Shown: positions 1 to 9,936 of the stretch, piece by piece
Layout of the letters: each line of letters begins with the position of its first letter
How positions within the stretch are numbered: the stretch's first letter is position 1
NCBI GenBank assembly: GCA_001873435.1
Contig: MNZB01000004.1
Span: forward strand, 78,030-142,029
Reading direction: 5' to 3'
Source: Candidatus Pacebacteria bacterium CG2_30_36_39
GTDB lineage: Bacteria; Patescibacteriota; Microgenomatia; UBA1400; PJMF01
DNA: 64,000 nucleotides
Notes under the pieces: model-generated
Databases searched by the model: none
Told to the model about the DNA's origin: nothing
Seen by the model: only the letters and a program-made list of their open reading frames with translations
Translations under genes and position numbers: made by a program

Positions 1-236
1 AAATACAAAATAAACATACCCTTAGGTTGAACGAGTTGCTAATTAACACGACATATTAAAGAGCTGTTTTACTTTATGTTTCATAGCGCATTGCTAATAT
101 TTAAAGTAAAACCTATAACATAATAGCACTTACTCAATAAATAGTCAAACTATGGGATATAAAACAGGGGTGGTTTTTCCCACTAATTACGTTACACTTC
201 ACATAAACCACTATTAAGTATGAATACCTTAAATAA

Positions 237-488
237 ATGGTCGAAAAAATTGAAATAACCAAAAAAATAACCAAAGATAAACTCCCAGAATTTGTTTTTA
301 ATCTTGCCGTTCAATTTAATAATGTCGAAGCCACAGAACTCGCCCCAATAGTTATCAAAGTAATAGAAAAAATTACAGAACCACAACTTTCATTTTCAGA
401 GTTAAGTGGCGAGCAACAAGAGATAATAATAGATTTTATTACTGAATTTTTGCCCCAACTAATTTTAGAAGATGCTGCAAAAGCCTAA
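237..488 (+). CDS. small acidic hypothetical protein
   Basis: 83-aa ATG ORF; its stop abuts the convergent gene ending at 490; no recognised motif. Confidence 0.6.
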   Translation: MVEKIEITKKITKDKLPEFVFNLAVQFNNVEATELAPIVIKVIEKITEPQLSFSELSGEQQEIIIDFITEFLPQLILEDAAKA

Positions 489-489
489 T

Positions 490-1644
490 CTATCTAGATA
501 GGACACCATTTGTTTCCATGCCAACAAAAACCTCATGATACCAATCTTTTAGATGAGGAAATTTGGGATAGTTTTTTCCTAACTGAAACATAATTTCGTT
601 ATAAGCAGATTTCCTTGCTTCCTCTAGACTCTGATCTCGCCAGCGATATAGGAAAGCTTCAAATTTATCTAGAATTTCCAAAAAAGCAACTTTTTTTATC
701 CAGTCTTGATCATTAATAACGACATTAAGATCTACAAGACTAGCTGTAATTCCCTGAGAAAAATGATGGGATAATGACATGTCAACAAGACTAGATTGGT
801 CTTTGTTCAGTAACCCCACTCTTTGTAAGAAGAACTCACCAAATTGAATATGGCTAGTGGTAAAGAAATAGCGCATTGGAGTTGTTTTTGGGTCTTTGCC
901 GATGTTTACCAAAAACTCTCTTTCTTCTGAAGAAAGAGAAAATAGTTCTAAAGATTTTCTTTGCAAATCTTCATTTTCACCAGCCTCTTCGCTAGCTACT
1001 TGTTGTAAAACATAGAAGTATATTTCTAGTGGAAGCATAAAAAAGATGCCATTTTTAAAAATAGCATCATAATCGGAAATTCCGTTTTCTGGAGTTTTTT
1101 TACTGATCTGAGCCAATGATTCATGTAGTTCTTCATGGAATTTTGCTGGGTCGCATTCGAGCAGCCATTGTTGGTGTCTTTTGCGGAAAATTGCTTGATT
1201 AAATATTCTTCTGACTACTGCTTCTGGTTGGCCGTCTTTTGCTTCAAATGGACCAGCTTTGCCAATGTCACTAATGAAAATCATAAATAATAAATCAGCA
1301 ATGAACTTGTCGTCTGCTTTAAAAAATTCTTTGATCCAAGGTAAATGGTCTAAAACCTTTTTGGCCATGGAAACCTCATATCCCCAGTGACATCTTTGGT
1401 CTTCATGGACTTTAAAAACAGGTTCTTCGGTTAAAAACCCTAATTGATTTAATAAAGAAGATGGATAGGCAAGAAAGCTCTGTTTGAGTGTTTCTGAAAG
1501 TTTGGTATTTTGAACGTCTGGGTGAGTTAATAGTTCAAAAAGTTCAGAACGAATTTGCTTTGCAGCATCAGTTAATTTGTTATCTTTTTTTTCTTGGCTT
1601 ATGTTTTCTTCTCCAACCGAAACTTTTTTTTCTTGTTCGATCAT
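490..1644 (-). CDS. HD-superfamily-like protein with degenerate HD motif
   Basis: 384-aa ORF with motif order H(RCHW)...ISDIGK...H(TSHI)...HH(LSHH)...D(ILDKFEA), as in HD/HD-GYP phosphohydrolases, but HD is replaced by SD. Confidence 0.55.
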   Translation of the reverse strand: MIEQEKKVSVGEENISQEKKDNKLTDAAKQIRSELFELLTHPDVQNTKLSETLKQSFLAYPSSLLNQLGFLTEEPVFKVHEDQRCHWGYEVSMAKKVLDHLPWIKEFFKADDKFIADLLFMIFISDIGKAGPFEAKDGQPEAVVRRIFNQAIFRKRHQQWLLECDPAKFHEELHESLAQISKKTPENGISDYDAIFKNGIFFMLPLEIYFYVLQQVASEEAGENEDLQRKSLELFSLSSEEREFLVNIGKDPKTTPMRYFFTTSHIQFGEFFLQRVGLLNKDQSSLVDMSLSHHFSQGITASLVDLNVVINDQDWIKKVAFLEILDKFEAFLYRWRDQSLEEARKSAYNEIMFQLGKNYPKFPHLKDWYHEVFVGMETNGVLSR

Positions 1645-1717
1645 TGATTAGGGTATTATATACCTCAAGTATAGTTAGTGTAATTATTTAAAAAAACTTT
1701 CCTGATATACTAACGCC

Positions 1718-2383
1718 ATGTCCCTATTCTCTCGTGCACCAGGTGAAAATCTCTTAAAAAAGTTTTTTCATAACTACAAACCAACAACATATAAAACTGG
1801 AGAAATCATTCTTCAACCCAACGATGACCTACGCTTTATCCACTTTGTTGACTCTGGCTATGTAAGCCAACAATTAGTCTCTGAAAATGGAGAAGACTTC
1901 ATCGTCAATATCTACAGAACTGGATCATATTTCCCTATTGCCGTAATTCTCCATGGCACCAAAAATGACTATTTCTATGAAAGCCTAACCAAAGTTATAA
2001 TTTATAGAGTCCCAATCAAAGACGTCTTGGATTTCCTAAAAACCAATCCAGCAGCAATGGAAGAATTATTAATCCGCCTAAGCTCAGGACTAAATACTTT
2101 GGCAAATAAAACCGAAGCACTAGTATTTGGAAATGCCAAAAGAAAAGTTGCTGCTACCCTATACTTCACCGCTCAACGTTTTGGAAAAAATGAAAACAAC
2201 AAAATAATCATTGATTTCCCCCTAACCCACAAACGAATTGCCGCTATGACCGGTATTACCCGTGAAACAGCTAGCATCGAAATGATGAAACTCAAAAAAG
2301 AAAATATAATCAGCTATAAAGGCAAACAAGTAACTATCCTTAGCTTGGACAAGTTGCACCACTCTTGCTTGTGCAATGAATAA
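1718..2383 (+). CDS. Crp/Fnr family transcriptional regulator
   Basis: N-terminal cNMP-binding beta-roll (YKTGEIIL...FVDSGYV...GSYF) and C-terminal HTH (LTHKRIAAMTGITRETAS). Confidence 0.9.
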   Translation: MSLFSRAPGENLLKKFFHNYKPTTYKTGEIILQPNDDLRFIHFVDSGYVSQQLVSENGEDFIVNIYRTGSYFPIAVILHGTKNDYFYESLTKVIIYRVPIKDVLDFLKTNPAAMEELLIRLSSGLNTLANKTEALVFGNAKRKVAATLYFTAQRFGKNENNKIIIDFPLTHKRIAAMTGITRETASIEMMKLKKENIISYKGKQVTILSLDKLHHSCLCNE

Positions 2384-2384
2384 T

Positions 2385-2696
2385 CTAAGCCTTTGGATTA
2401 ATAACTAGCTTTTTAAACTTACCAGAGCGCAATAACAGGGCAATTACAGCATAAACTGCAATATCCTGCCAGTTATCAGCTAAACTCTCATTTTCTGGGT
2501 CTTTTCCAGCGGTTAAAAGATTTTGTAAACGACGTAGTTTGTCATTAGTACGAAATAAAATACCTAACTCACCATTATCTAAAATATTATCCTTACCGTA
2601 ATCCTTGTGTTTCTGAATAAAAGTCTCGACCATTTTTTCACATTCCTCACGAAAAGCATCGTCAAGGTATTGTGGAGTGGTCTGCTTATTTACCAT
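2385..2696 (-). CDS. DUF1599 / nucleotide-modification-associated, MazG-like all-alpha protein
   Basis: KHKDYG...RTNDKLRRL...ESLADNWQDIAVYAVI pattern; start moved to ATG 2696 because the longer ORF runs into the terminator. Confidence 0.7.
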   Translation of the reverse strand: MVNKQTTPQYLDDAFREECEKMVETFIQKHKDYGKDNILDNGELGILFRTNDKLRRLQNLLTAGKDPENESLADNWQDIAVYAVIALLLRSGKFKKLVINPKA

Positions 2697-2738
2697 GAAA
2701 GTTTCCCTTCTATAAACCTGCTTAGGCTTATAGAGTAA

Positions 2739-2776
2739 CACACCCCCCGGTCTTTTTTAAAGAACCGGGGGGTGTG
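2739..2776 (-). terminator. GC-rich inverted repeat / probable terminator
   Basis: CACACCCCCCGGT ... ACCGGGGGGTGTG perfect stem just downstream of the 2803-3123 gene. Confidence 0.7.
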
Positions 2777-2802
2777 ACTTATTTCAATAATCTAAAAAGT
2801 GA

Positions 2803-3123
2803 TTATTTACCCATGCGAACACGAGCGATAGTAGCAACAATTCCTGTGGCTACAGTGCCAAGTGACATGGCAATACCCTGAGCATCAAGACCAGTGTTAA
2901 CCACTTCGTGGGCGGCAACATTATCTCTCTTGATCACTACGCGAGTAGAGGCATCACTTTTGGTTTTACAGTTGATTTGTTGGCCATATTGACCAGTTTC
3001 ACAAACTGCTTCTGCACTAGCATTGGCTTCAGCTTCGACTTGATCAGCCATAGCTGGAGTAACAAAACCATGTAATACAACTGCAGCAACGGCTACAGCG
3101 ATTAGAGATTTGACCATTTTCAT
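2803..3123 (-). CDS. small secreted protein with C-terminal xxNTG + TM tail
   Basis: signal peptide ending AMA-D; Cys pair; VVNTG, hydrophobic segment, RVRMGK tail; RBS AAAGGA upstream. Confidence 0.75.
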   Translation of the reverse strand: MKMVKSLIAVAVAAVVLHGFVTPAMADQVEAEANASAEAVCETGQYGQQINCKTKSDASTRVVIKRDNVAAHEVVNTGLDAQGIAMSLGTVATGIVATIARVRMGK

Positions 3124-3211
3124 GCGTTTCCTTTAGTCAACCCCGTTGTAGGGCTGCAATTGATTAATACTACAGTCGACAAAAATATGATTTAAGCGAC
3201 TATGATCCAGT

Positions 3212-3240
3212 ATGATATCAAAATAAAGTCCTTTTGTCAA
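3212..3240 (-). promoter_or_regulatory. sigma70-type promoter
   Basis: minus strand TTGACA-17 bp-TATCAT upstream of the 2803-3123 gene. Confidence 0.65.
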
Positions 3241-3309
3241 TAGTTATAGGGACGTTACTCGATAAAAAAACATTTGGAAAAACAAAACAAAATATAAAAA
3301 ATGAAAAAA

Positions 3310-4557
3310 CTAATAATTTATATGAAGATAATAAGTATTTTCAGCATCATCCTTATGCTCTACTTTTACATAGCGCAACAAACCGCCACCACACTTAATA
3401 CTACCTCTATATAAAGTACCATCTCGTACTGCCTTAACAGTGTAATCACCACTAGTCTTACTCACCATATCAATACCAGTATGAGGAGAACCTCCATAGG
3501 CACGCCTGACCCTAGCATAGTAAGTCATGCCATAACCCTGAGTAATTAAAGCAGCATTATTAACTGGCCAATCCCAACTACCACTAAAACCAAATGACCC
3601 GTCAGGACTATTGCTCCAAGTAATATCAGTGCTCTTTAAATAACCAGCTGGATCTCGGTGTACTCCATTATTAGCCACCTCAAAATGAAGATGAGTACCA
3701 GTAGAACAAGCAGAGGCACCAGCAATAATACTAGCAATATTGTCACCCTGTTTAATATCACGAACTTTTGTTTCAGAACCTCTGCCAGCAATAATAGATT
3801 GAATAGCCTCCAACTCAGCTAATGTTTTAGCAAGTTCTGCCTGGTATTTAGCCTCACTACTCTGAGTTTCACTTAAGAGAAACTGTTGATCTTTTTTCTG
3901 ACCCAACAAAGAAGTTTGAAGCAACTTAAGAGAAACTCTTTTTTGCTCTAGTTGAATTTGTTTTTCTTCTTTAAGTTGTTTTTGATCATCATATTCTAAA
4001 CGTTGATTTTCAGTCTTTGCCATTACATCAGCTGTTTGTTTTTGAGCTTGTGACAAGTAACGCATTTTCATCACCAGATCTGAAAATGAACTAGATCCGA
4101 GCAGTTGCAAACTTGGAACTGTACGACTCTGTTTATATTGAGCTCTAACTCTCTCAATCAAAACCGTACTCAAACGATCCAGTGAATAGCCTAAGCCTTT
4201 AATTCTTTCAGCTAATTCAGCTACTTGATCTTCTAGTTGAATAATCTCTGCCTGAGTCAAATCTACTTGTAATTGTTGGAGCGAAATTTGGCCATTTAAT
4301 AAATTAATAGTATTAGTCAAAGTCACTTTTTGACTCTGAGTATCTTTAATTTTTTGTTCCCAACAAGTTTGCTTGCTTTTATTACATGCTAAATAGGCAT
4401 TTTGGTCTTCAGTAGATCCTGTTCCTTGAGAACAAGTGATGGCAGCACAATCCTCCTCAGCATAAATAGTTGAAACATGAAAAATTCTCAGCCACAAAAC
4501 ACCCAATAAAATAGGTAGCAACCAGAGAAAAGTGATCTTTTTACGCTTCATCACCAT
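3310..4557 (-). CDS. coiled-coil + M23 (LytM) peptidase, EnvC/PcsB-like FtsEX partner, circularly permuted M23
   Basis: signal peptide, long coiled coil, STGTHLHFEV and HTGID motifs, directly downstream of ftsX. Confidence 0.85.
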   Translation of the reverse strand: MVMKRKKITFLWLLPILLGVLWLRIFHVSTIYAEEDCAAITCSQGTGSTEDQNAYLACNKSKQTCWEQKIKDTQSQKVTLTNTINLLNGQISLQQLQVDLTQAEIIQLEDQVAELAERIKGLGYSLDRLSTVLIERVRAQYKQSRTVPSLQLLGSSSFSDLVMKMRYLSQAQKQTADVMAKTENQRLEYDDQKQLKEEKQIQLEQKRVSLKLLQTSLLGQKKDQQFLLSETQSSEAKYQAELAKTLAELEAIQSIIAGRGSETKVRDIKQGDNIASIIAGASACSTGTHLHFEVANNGVHRDPAGYLKSTDITWSNSPDGSFGFSGSWDWPVNNAALITQGYGMTYYARVRRAYGGSPHTGIDMVSKTSGDYTVKAVRDGTLYRGSIKCGGGLLRYVKVEHKDDAENTYYLHINY

Positions 4558-4566
4558 AGCCTCATT

Positions 4567-5439
4567 CTACCGTCTTTGCATCATTCGTCGAGCGGCCATT
4601 AAACTAGCTGTAGTTCCCAACAATAAAGCAGCTACTGTCCCAGCACCCAACTGATAAACAAAAAACTGCAGTGGCAATGGAAATTGCACTATCAAACCAA
4701 GGAAATTCTGCAACCAAGGAGTGGCATAAAGCAAAATTGCATACATCGCACCCCAACCAAGCAATGAACCAACAAACCCATACAACATACCCTCCAAAAC
4801 AAAAGGACCAGCAATATACCAATTAGTTGCACCAATAATCTTCATTACTGCAATAGCATTTCTCTTGGCAGCAACCTTCATACTCATCAAAGTCATAATC
4901 ATTAGAAAAGAAACAACTCCCAAAATACTAGTTGCAACCAAACCCACTCCACGAACAGCAGCAGTCCACTGTTGAATATCAGCAACAATATCCTCCTGGT
5001 AAACAACATCCTCTACTCCCTTAGCACTTTTAAGATCTGCCTGAATTAAATTAAGAGCAGCAACATCTTTTCCAGAAACCTCAATACTAGCTGGCAAAAT
5101 ATCTGCAGTAACCAACTCCAGTAAAAGTGGATTATCCTTGTGATCTTGTTTATAGAACTCTAAAGCCTGTTGTTTAGTCACTAACTTAACATCAGTAACA
5201 TAACTTTTCTCTTTCATAGAAGAAGCAAGCTTCTCTACATCATCTGCTGTAGTTTGAATTTCAAAAAAAGCAATCACCTGGGGCCTAGTCTCAAAAAACT
5301 TCAAAATCGAATCAGTACCAAAAGCCAATAAAGAAAAAATATATGCCACAAAAAAAGTAACTGTCACCATCGACAACGCCAAAACACTCTGATACGGAGA
5401 GCGACGAATAGCAACCAAAGCATCTTGTAATTTTTTCAT
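4567..5439 (-). CDS. ftsX: cell division permease FtsX
   Basis: 4-TM layout with extracellular domain, LPASIEV, MKIIGATNWYIAGPFVLEG; ATGA overlap with ftsE. Confidence 0.92.
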   Translation of the reverse strand: MKKLQDALVAIRRSPYQSVLALSMVTVTFFVAYIFSLLAFGTDSILKFFETRPQVIAFFEIQTTADDVEKLASSMKEKSYVTDVKLVTKQQALEFYKQDHKDNPLLLELVTADILPASIEVSGKDVAALNLIQADLKSAKGVEDVVYQEDIVADIQQWTAAVRGVGLVATSILGVVSFLMIMTLMSMKVAAKRNAIAVMKIIGATNWYIAGPFVLEGMLYGFVGSLLGWGAMYAILLYATPWLQNFLGLIVQFPLPLQFFVYQLGAGTVAALLLGTTASLMAARRMMQRR

Positions 5440-6377
5440 GTTTTTTTCTCCACTCCATGCTCTTTTTTAGCTTTCTTAGTCTCTGTTTTTTCTTTCTTCT
5501 GCTCAACCTCTTTTTTATCTAAAATCTCAGACATCCTAGCTTCAATCTCATCCTTATCAATAGCTTTTTTCTTAAAAAAAGACAAATCTAAAGTAATACC
5601 AAAAGCTTTTCTCTTTTTTTGCTTATCCTCAGTTTTTATTTTCTCAACCTTCTTCTGTTCAGCTTTTTTATCTTCATGATCATGATTTTCAACAACCTTA
5701 TCTGGACTAGCTGGCCTAGAATCTCTTTTCAAAACACCCTTCTCCAATTCCAAATGCCTCTCTCTTTCCAAAGCATCCAAAAGAGCCAAATCATGAGTAG
5801 CCAATAAAATTGTTGTACCCAAATCATTAATCTGTTGCAACAACCTCATAATCTCCAAACTTGCCTTACTATCAAGATTGCCAGTTGGCTCATCAGCAAA
5901 AATCAAACTTGGACCAGTAGCTAAAGCTCTAGCAATACTAACCTTTTGGGCCTCACCACCAGAAAGTTGTTTTGGAAAAAGCAAGGCTTTCTCAGTCAAA
6001 GAAACTAAGTTCAATAAATCGGTAACCCTAGATTCAACTTCATCATTAGACTTGCCAATAATTGATAATGGCAAAGCAATATTCTCCCAAACATTTAACT
6101 CTGGCAAAAGCCTGTAATCTTGAAAAACTACCCCTATCTTACGACGATGCTGAGGTATCTGCTTTCTAGGCATTTCAGTCAAAGAAATATTTTTATAAGT
6201 AATTTCTCCAGAAGTTGGCTCCAAATCTTTAATCAAAAGATTCATTAAGGTAGTTTTACCACTACCAGAAGGACCATGCACAACAACCAACTCACCAGAC
6301 TTAATATGAAATGAAATATCCTGAAGAGCAACAACCCCACTGCCAAATTTTTTGGTAACTGATGAAAAAGTAATCAT
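5436..6377 (-). CDS. ftsE: cell division ABC ATPase FtsE with charged C-terminal extension
   Basis: GPSGSGKTT, IGVVFQDYRLL, LSGGE, ADEPTGNLD, ATHD. Confidence 0.92.
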   Translation of the reverse strand: MITFSSVTKKFGSGVVALQDISFHIKSGELVVVHGPSGSGKTTLMNLLIKDLEPTSGEITYKNISLTEMPRKQIPQHRRKIGVVFQDYRLLPELNVWENIALPLSIIGKSNDEVESRVTDLLNLVSLTEKALLFPKQLSGGEAQKVSIARALATGPSLIFADEPTGNLDSKASLEIMRLLQQINDLGTTILLATHDLALLDALERERHLELEKGVLKRDSRPASPDKVVENHDHEDKKAEQKKVEKIKTEDKQKKRKAFGITLDLSFFKKKAIDKDEIEARMSEILDKKEVEQKKEKTETKKAKKEHGVEKKT

Positions 6378-6450
6378 GATGTATTCCCATGATACAAAAA
6401 CCTACACGATTGCACTAGCACGAAATCGAATTTTACTAAAATTAAGAAAG

Positions 6451-7104
6451 TTATTCTGCCTCGACAGGAGCCTCGGCCTCAACCTCAATAACCTGAACTC
6501 TTCCCACATCCATCAACCAACCAGCTTTTTGACCCTTAAAAGTCTCACCCCAAACCTTAACCTTCATCCCCACCATCTTATCTAGATCTGTGATAGAAGA
6601 AGTTAAATAAACTGTTTGACTCTCACCACCTTCGCGTAATAAACGATGCGAACCCTCATCTTCTGCACCACCAGCAGCCAAATATCCCTCTGCATTATCC
6701 TTAAAAGTTAAATCATCCTTAACCCCAAAAACATCTCCAGCCTTAATATTATCTCCAGCAATCTGTTGAGTTGCCTGAGGAGAATCAGCAACATTATTCT
6801 TTTTATTCAACTTAAAAGCACCATAACCAGTACCAACCCCAGCAATAACAGCAATTAAAATTAAACTTATTAAAACTATTTTCTTTTGTTTGGATTGCAT
6901 AGGCATTTCTTTTTTTGTTTCTAAATCTAAAACTTTTATCTGGGTTTTACCAGATCTATTTACACGCACAGACGAACTAGAATTGTCGCTGACAGATGTT
7001 TTTTCGTCAACCGGTGTTTGGTCTGTATCGATAGAAATTTTTGTTACATCATCCAAATTTTCCATACGAACATGAAGTTTAGAATCTTGCATATTATTTA
7101 TCAT
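6451..7104 (-). CDS. single-TM hypothetical protein with C-terminal beta-rich domain
   Basis: 217-aa ORF with one TM ([16 protein letters not shown]), co-oriented between prfB and ftsE. Confidence 0.75.
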   Translation of the reverse strand: MINNMQDSKLHVRMENLDDVTKISIDTDQTPVDEKTSVSDNSSSSVRVNRSGKTQIKVLDLETKKEMPMQSKQKKIVLISLILIAVIAGVGTGYGAFKLNKKNNVADSPQATQQIAGDNIKAGDVFGVKDDLTFKDNAEGYLAAGGAEDEGSHRLLREGGESQTVYLTSSITDLDKMVGMKVKVWGETFKGQKAGWLMDVGRVQVIEVEAEAPVEAE

Positions 7105-7114
7105 ACCCCATTCT

Positions 7115-8197
7115 TTAAGAAATTTTCAGCTCCTCATAAATGAAATCATCCAAATCTCCATCTAAAACACCACTGGTATTTGAAGTTTCAACCTCTGTCC
7201 TAGTATCTTTAACCAACTGATAAGGATGAAGAACATAATTACGAATTTGAGTACCCCAGCTAGCATTGTGATGTTCACCCTTTTGCTGCGCCAACTCAGC
7301 CTGCTGCCTCTCTTCTTCTAAAACAGCTAATTTTGATTTCAACATCACCAAAGCCTTTTCTCTATTCTGAACCTGGCTTCTTTCTTCACGGCAACGAACA
7401 ACAATCCCAGAAGGAATATGACGTAACTCAACAGCACTATTCACCTTATTAACATTCTGACCTCCAGCACCGCCCGCTCTCATAAAAGACCACTCCAAAT
7501 CAGTGTCTTTCAACTCGATCTCATCTGTATCCTCAATTAGCGGAGCAACTTCAACTAAAGCAAAAGAAGTTTGACGCAAATTATCAGCATTAAACGGACT
7601 TAAACGCACCAAACGATGAGTTCCTTGTTCTTTTTTAAGATAACCATAAGCATAACGAGCACGAACTTCATAAACCATTTCTTTAATTCCGGCATCTTCA
7701 CCTCTAACTTCAGAAATTAAAGAGAATTTCCAACCCTTTCTCTCAAAATACCTGGCATACATCCTAGCCACCATCTCTGCCCAATCCATTGCTTCTGTTC
7801 CACCCTGTCCTGGATGGATAGATAACATAGCTGCAACATTATCATATTTACCCTTGAGGTAAGTTCTCAACTCTAATTCAGTTAATAACTTACTTAACTG
7901 CCAATATTTTGCCTCTGTTTCTGAAGCAAAAGATTCTTGATCAGCTGCCTCTAACTCCAAATAAGCAGCTACATCATTAGCCAAATCAGTTAAGCGCTGT
8001 AAATCATCTAGTCTACCCTGGAGAAAAGAAACTTGTTGCATCTTCTGCTGAGCATCAGCTCTATCCCAAAAACCAGGCATAGAAGACTCCTGCTGTACTA
8101 ATTCAAGCTCTTTATTTAGTTCATCAAGCTTAGTAGCTACCAAAAACTCTCTGGCTTGAATAACTTTTTGAGATAATTCTTCATGAGTTAATTGCAT
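7115..8197 (-). CDS. prfB: peptide chain release factor 2
   Basis: SPF motif (RLVRLSPF), GGQ (GAGGQNVNK), [13 protein letters not shown]; start ATG 8197; one continuous frame. Confidence 0.95.
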   Translation of the reverse strand: MQLTHEELSQKVIQAREFLVATKLDELNKELELVQQESSMPGFWDRADAQQKMQQVSFLQGRLDDLQRLTDLANDVAAYLELEAADQESFASETEAKYWQLSKLLTELELRTYLKGKYDNVAAMLSIHPGQGGTEAMDWAEMVARMYARYFERKGWKFSLISEVRGEDAGIKEMVYEVRARYAYGYLKKEQGTHRLVRLSPFNADNLRQTSFALVEVAPLIEDTDEIELKDTDLEWSFMRAGGAGGQNVNKVNSAVELRHIPSGIVVRCREERSQVQNREKALVMLKSKLAVLEEERQQAELAQQKGEHHNASWGTQIRNYVLHPYQLVKDTRTEVETSNTSGVLDGDLDDFIYEELKIS

Positions 8198-8210
8198 AAT
8201 ATTCAAAGTG

Positions 8211-9890
8211 CTATTGTACTGCCTCTCTACTTGGCAGACTCCAGGAAAATCCAACAAGATCAATTGTGGGCAATATTTTACCCATAATCGCAGTTTGATA
8301 AACTAATCCTGGTTGTTTCTGTACTAAGATTTTTCCAGACCAAGAATCTGGCGCAGAAAAATCTATCATCACTTGCTTTTGCGATTCTTCTGGAACCACT
8401 ACTAAAAAACCAATTTCAGTAAAAACCCGTCCACTAACAGCAATCTCCTGACTCTCCCAATCTTGCAAAACCTCATCTCCAACTACCACACTCAAAACCT
8501 CTATATCTTCTGGAACAATAAAACGATAGTAATTAACATAACCAAAATGATTCGCAACCTTATATGCTTTATTCTCTTGTTGCTCCAATGGTCTATCAGC
8601 TATTTTAGCCTGATTAGTAAAAAGAACTTTTAATCTAAGCAAAGAATCAATTGATTCAACCATTAAGTCACGCTTTACCTTTGCATTTGCCTTGTTAATA
8701 CCAACATTAGACTCAAGAGGATAAACAAAAAAATCATTTGGTGCCACCTGAGCTATTTCACCAGCAATCTCCAATTCCTCACTCGTCTTTTGCAACTGAT
8801 CATTTTTACTAAAAACCAAAACCTCTCGCCAAATCTGATTGCTTAAAACCTCAGAAAACAAGCTTGTTTTTTCCTTCTCCGAAAGCTGTTCTAACTTCAA
8901 CCATAGAGCTGTTTCTAACTCCTGCAACTGTTGAGCTTTTTGTTGACTACCTGGAAAAAATTCATTTCTATCTTGTCTCACTACTTGAGAAAATTCCTTA
9001 GCACTCATCCATCTAGATTCTGATGGTAAATATATAGAACCAATTTTATCCAAAACCTTCTCAACAGTCTGGGAATTAATTGCAATTACCCCATCATAAA
9101 ATTGTGGATCTTGCTTGATTTCTTCAAAAAACCAAAGAATTTTTTTAGCAGTAACAGGAAAGTCAGCAAACCAATTAGCATCGTGCAAAGCCATACCCCT
9201 ACCATCACTCAAATATCTAGCATGACCCATTGGTGATTCCGTAATCACACTAATCCCACTTGGATCATAAATATCTCTAATTGTCGGTCGCCAAAATTCT
9301 GAATTCTTAAAATCTAAAACTGCATATGAACCCATAAAACCACCAGTTGCTCTAATCTCATCAGCATTTTGAAAAATTACTAAATACTTTTTACCAGTCT
9401 GTTGTTCTTGATAAAAAACTCTTGCTAATTTAAGCAAATCTCTAAACTCATTAAGAGTAGCTGTTTGTTTGGACCAAAAAACTTTTCTAATAACTGCCTT
9501 ATTCCAAGCATCCAGTAATCTCTCTGTATGCTCAAAGGTTGGTAACAGATCTTGTTCTAAAACTTTGGAAATAAAATTATCAGACGAAAAACTTTTATTA
9601 AGCAATACATTACCATTCTTACCCAACCAAATTGTTTCTCTCCAGACCTCAACAACAGGTATTTGACGAAAAGATAATAAAGATAAAACCTCTGGAACTG
9701 GTTGAGAACCAGTAAAAAGCCAATAACTAAGAGTAAAATTATGCTTTAATATGGCTAAGATAGCCAAAAAAGTGGTTAGAATAGATAAAAATAAACTCAA
9801 AACAACCAAAGCAACTACTCTTTTTAAAATAGAAATTGAGCGCCATTTTTTAATGAAAACAGAACAATGTGGTAAAAACTGGTAATGCAT
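8211..9890 (-). CDS. DUF4012 domain membrane-anchored protein
   Basis: [46 protein letters not shown] motifs. Confidence 0.8.
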   Translation of the reverse strand: MHYQFLPHCSVFIKKWRSISILKRVVALVVLSLFLSILTTFLAILAILKHNFTLSYWLFTGSQPVPEVLSLLSFRQIPVVEVWRETIWLGKNGNVLLNKSFSSDNFISKVLEQDLLPTFEHTERLLDAWNKAVIRKVFWSKQTATLNEFRDLLKLARVFYQEQQTGKKYLVIFQNADEIRATGGFMGSYAVLDFKNSEFWRPTIRDIYDPSGISVITESPMGHARYLSDGRGMALHDANWFADFPVTAKKILWFFEEIKQDPQFYDGVIAINSQTVEKVLDKIGSIYLPSESRWMSAKEFSQVVRQDRNEFFPGSQQKAQQLQELETALWLKLEQLSEKEKTSLFSEVLSNQIWREVLVFSKNDQLQKTSEELEIAGEIAQVAPNDFFVYPLESNVGINKANAKVKRDLMVESIDSLLRLKVLFTNQAKIADRPLEQQENKAYKVANHFGYVNYYRFIVPEDIEVLSVVVGDEVLQDWESQEIAVSGRVFTEIGFLVVVPEESQKQVMIDFSAPDSWSGKILVQKQPGLVYQTAIMGKILPTIDLVGFSWSLPSREAVQ

Positions 9891-9936
9891 AACACTTTTC
9901 CCGTATAATACCGCAAAAGGACCTAGAAAATCTGCT

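Noticed and set aside
2773-2788. Possible CRP site TGTGA-N6-TCAAT
   Set aside because: It overlaps the terminator arm and the second half-site is poor.
5436-5438. Genetic code 25 (TGA = Gly), as in some CPR lineages
   Set aside because: TGA terminates ftsE and the 9937 gene in ATGA overlaps, and conserved genes have no in-frame TGA.
8100-8197. Programmed +1 frameshift in prfB
   Set aside because: The gene is one continuous ORF from ATG 8197 and has no CTT-TGA site.
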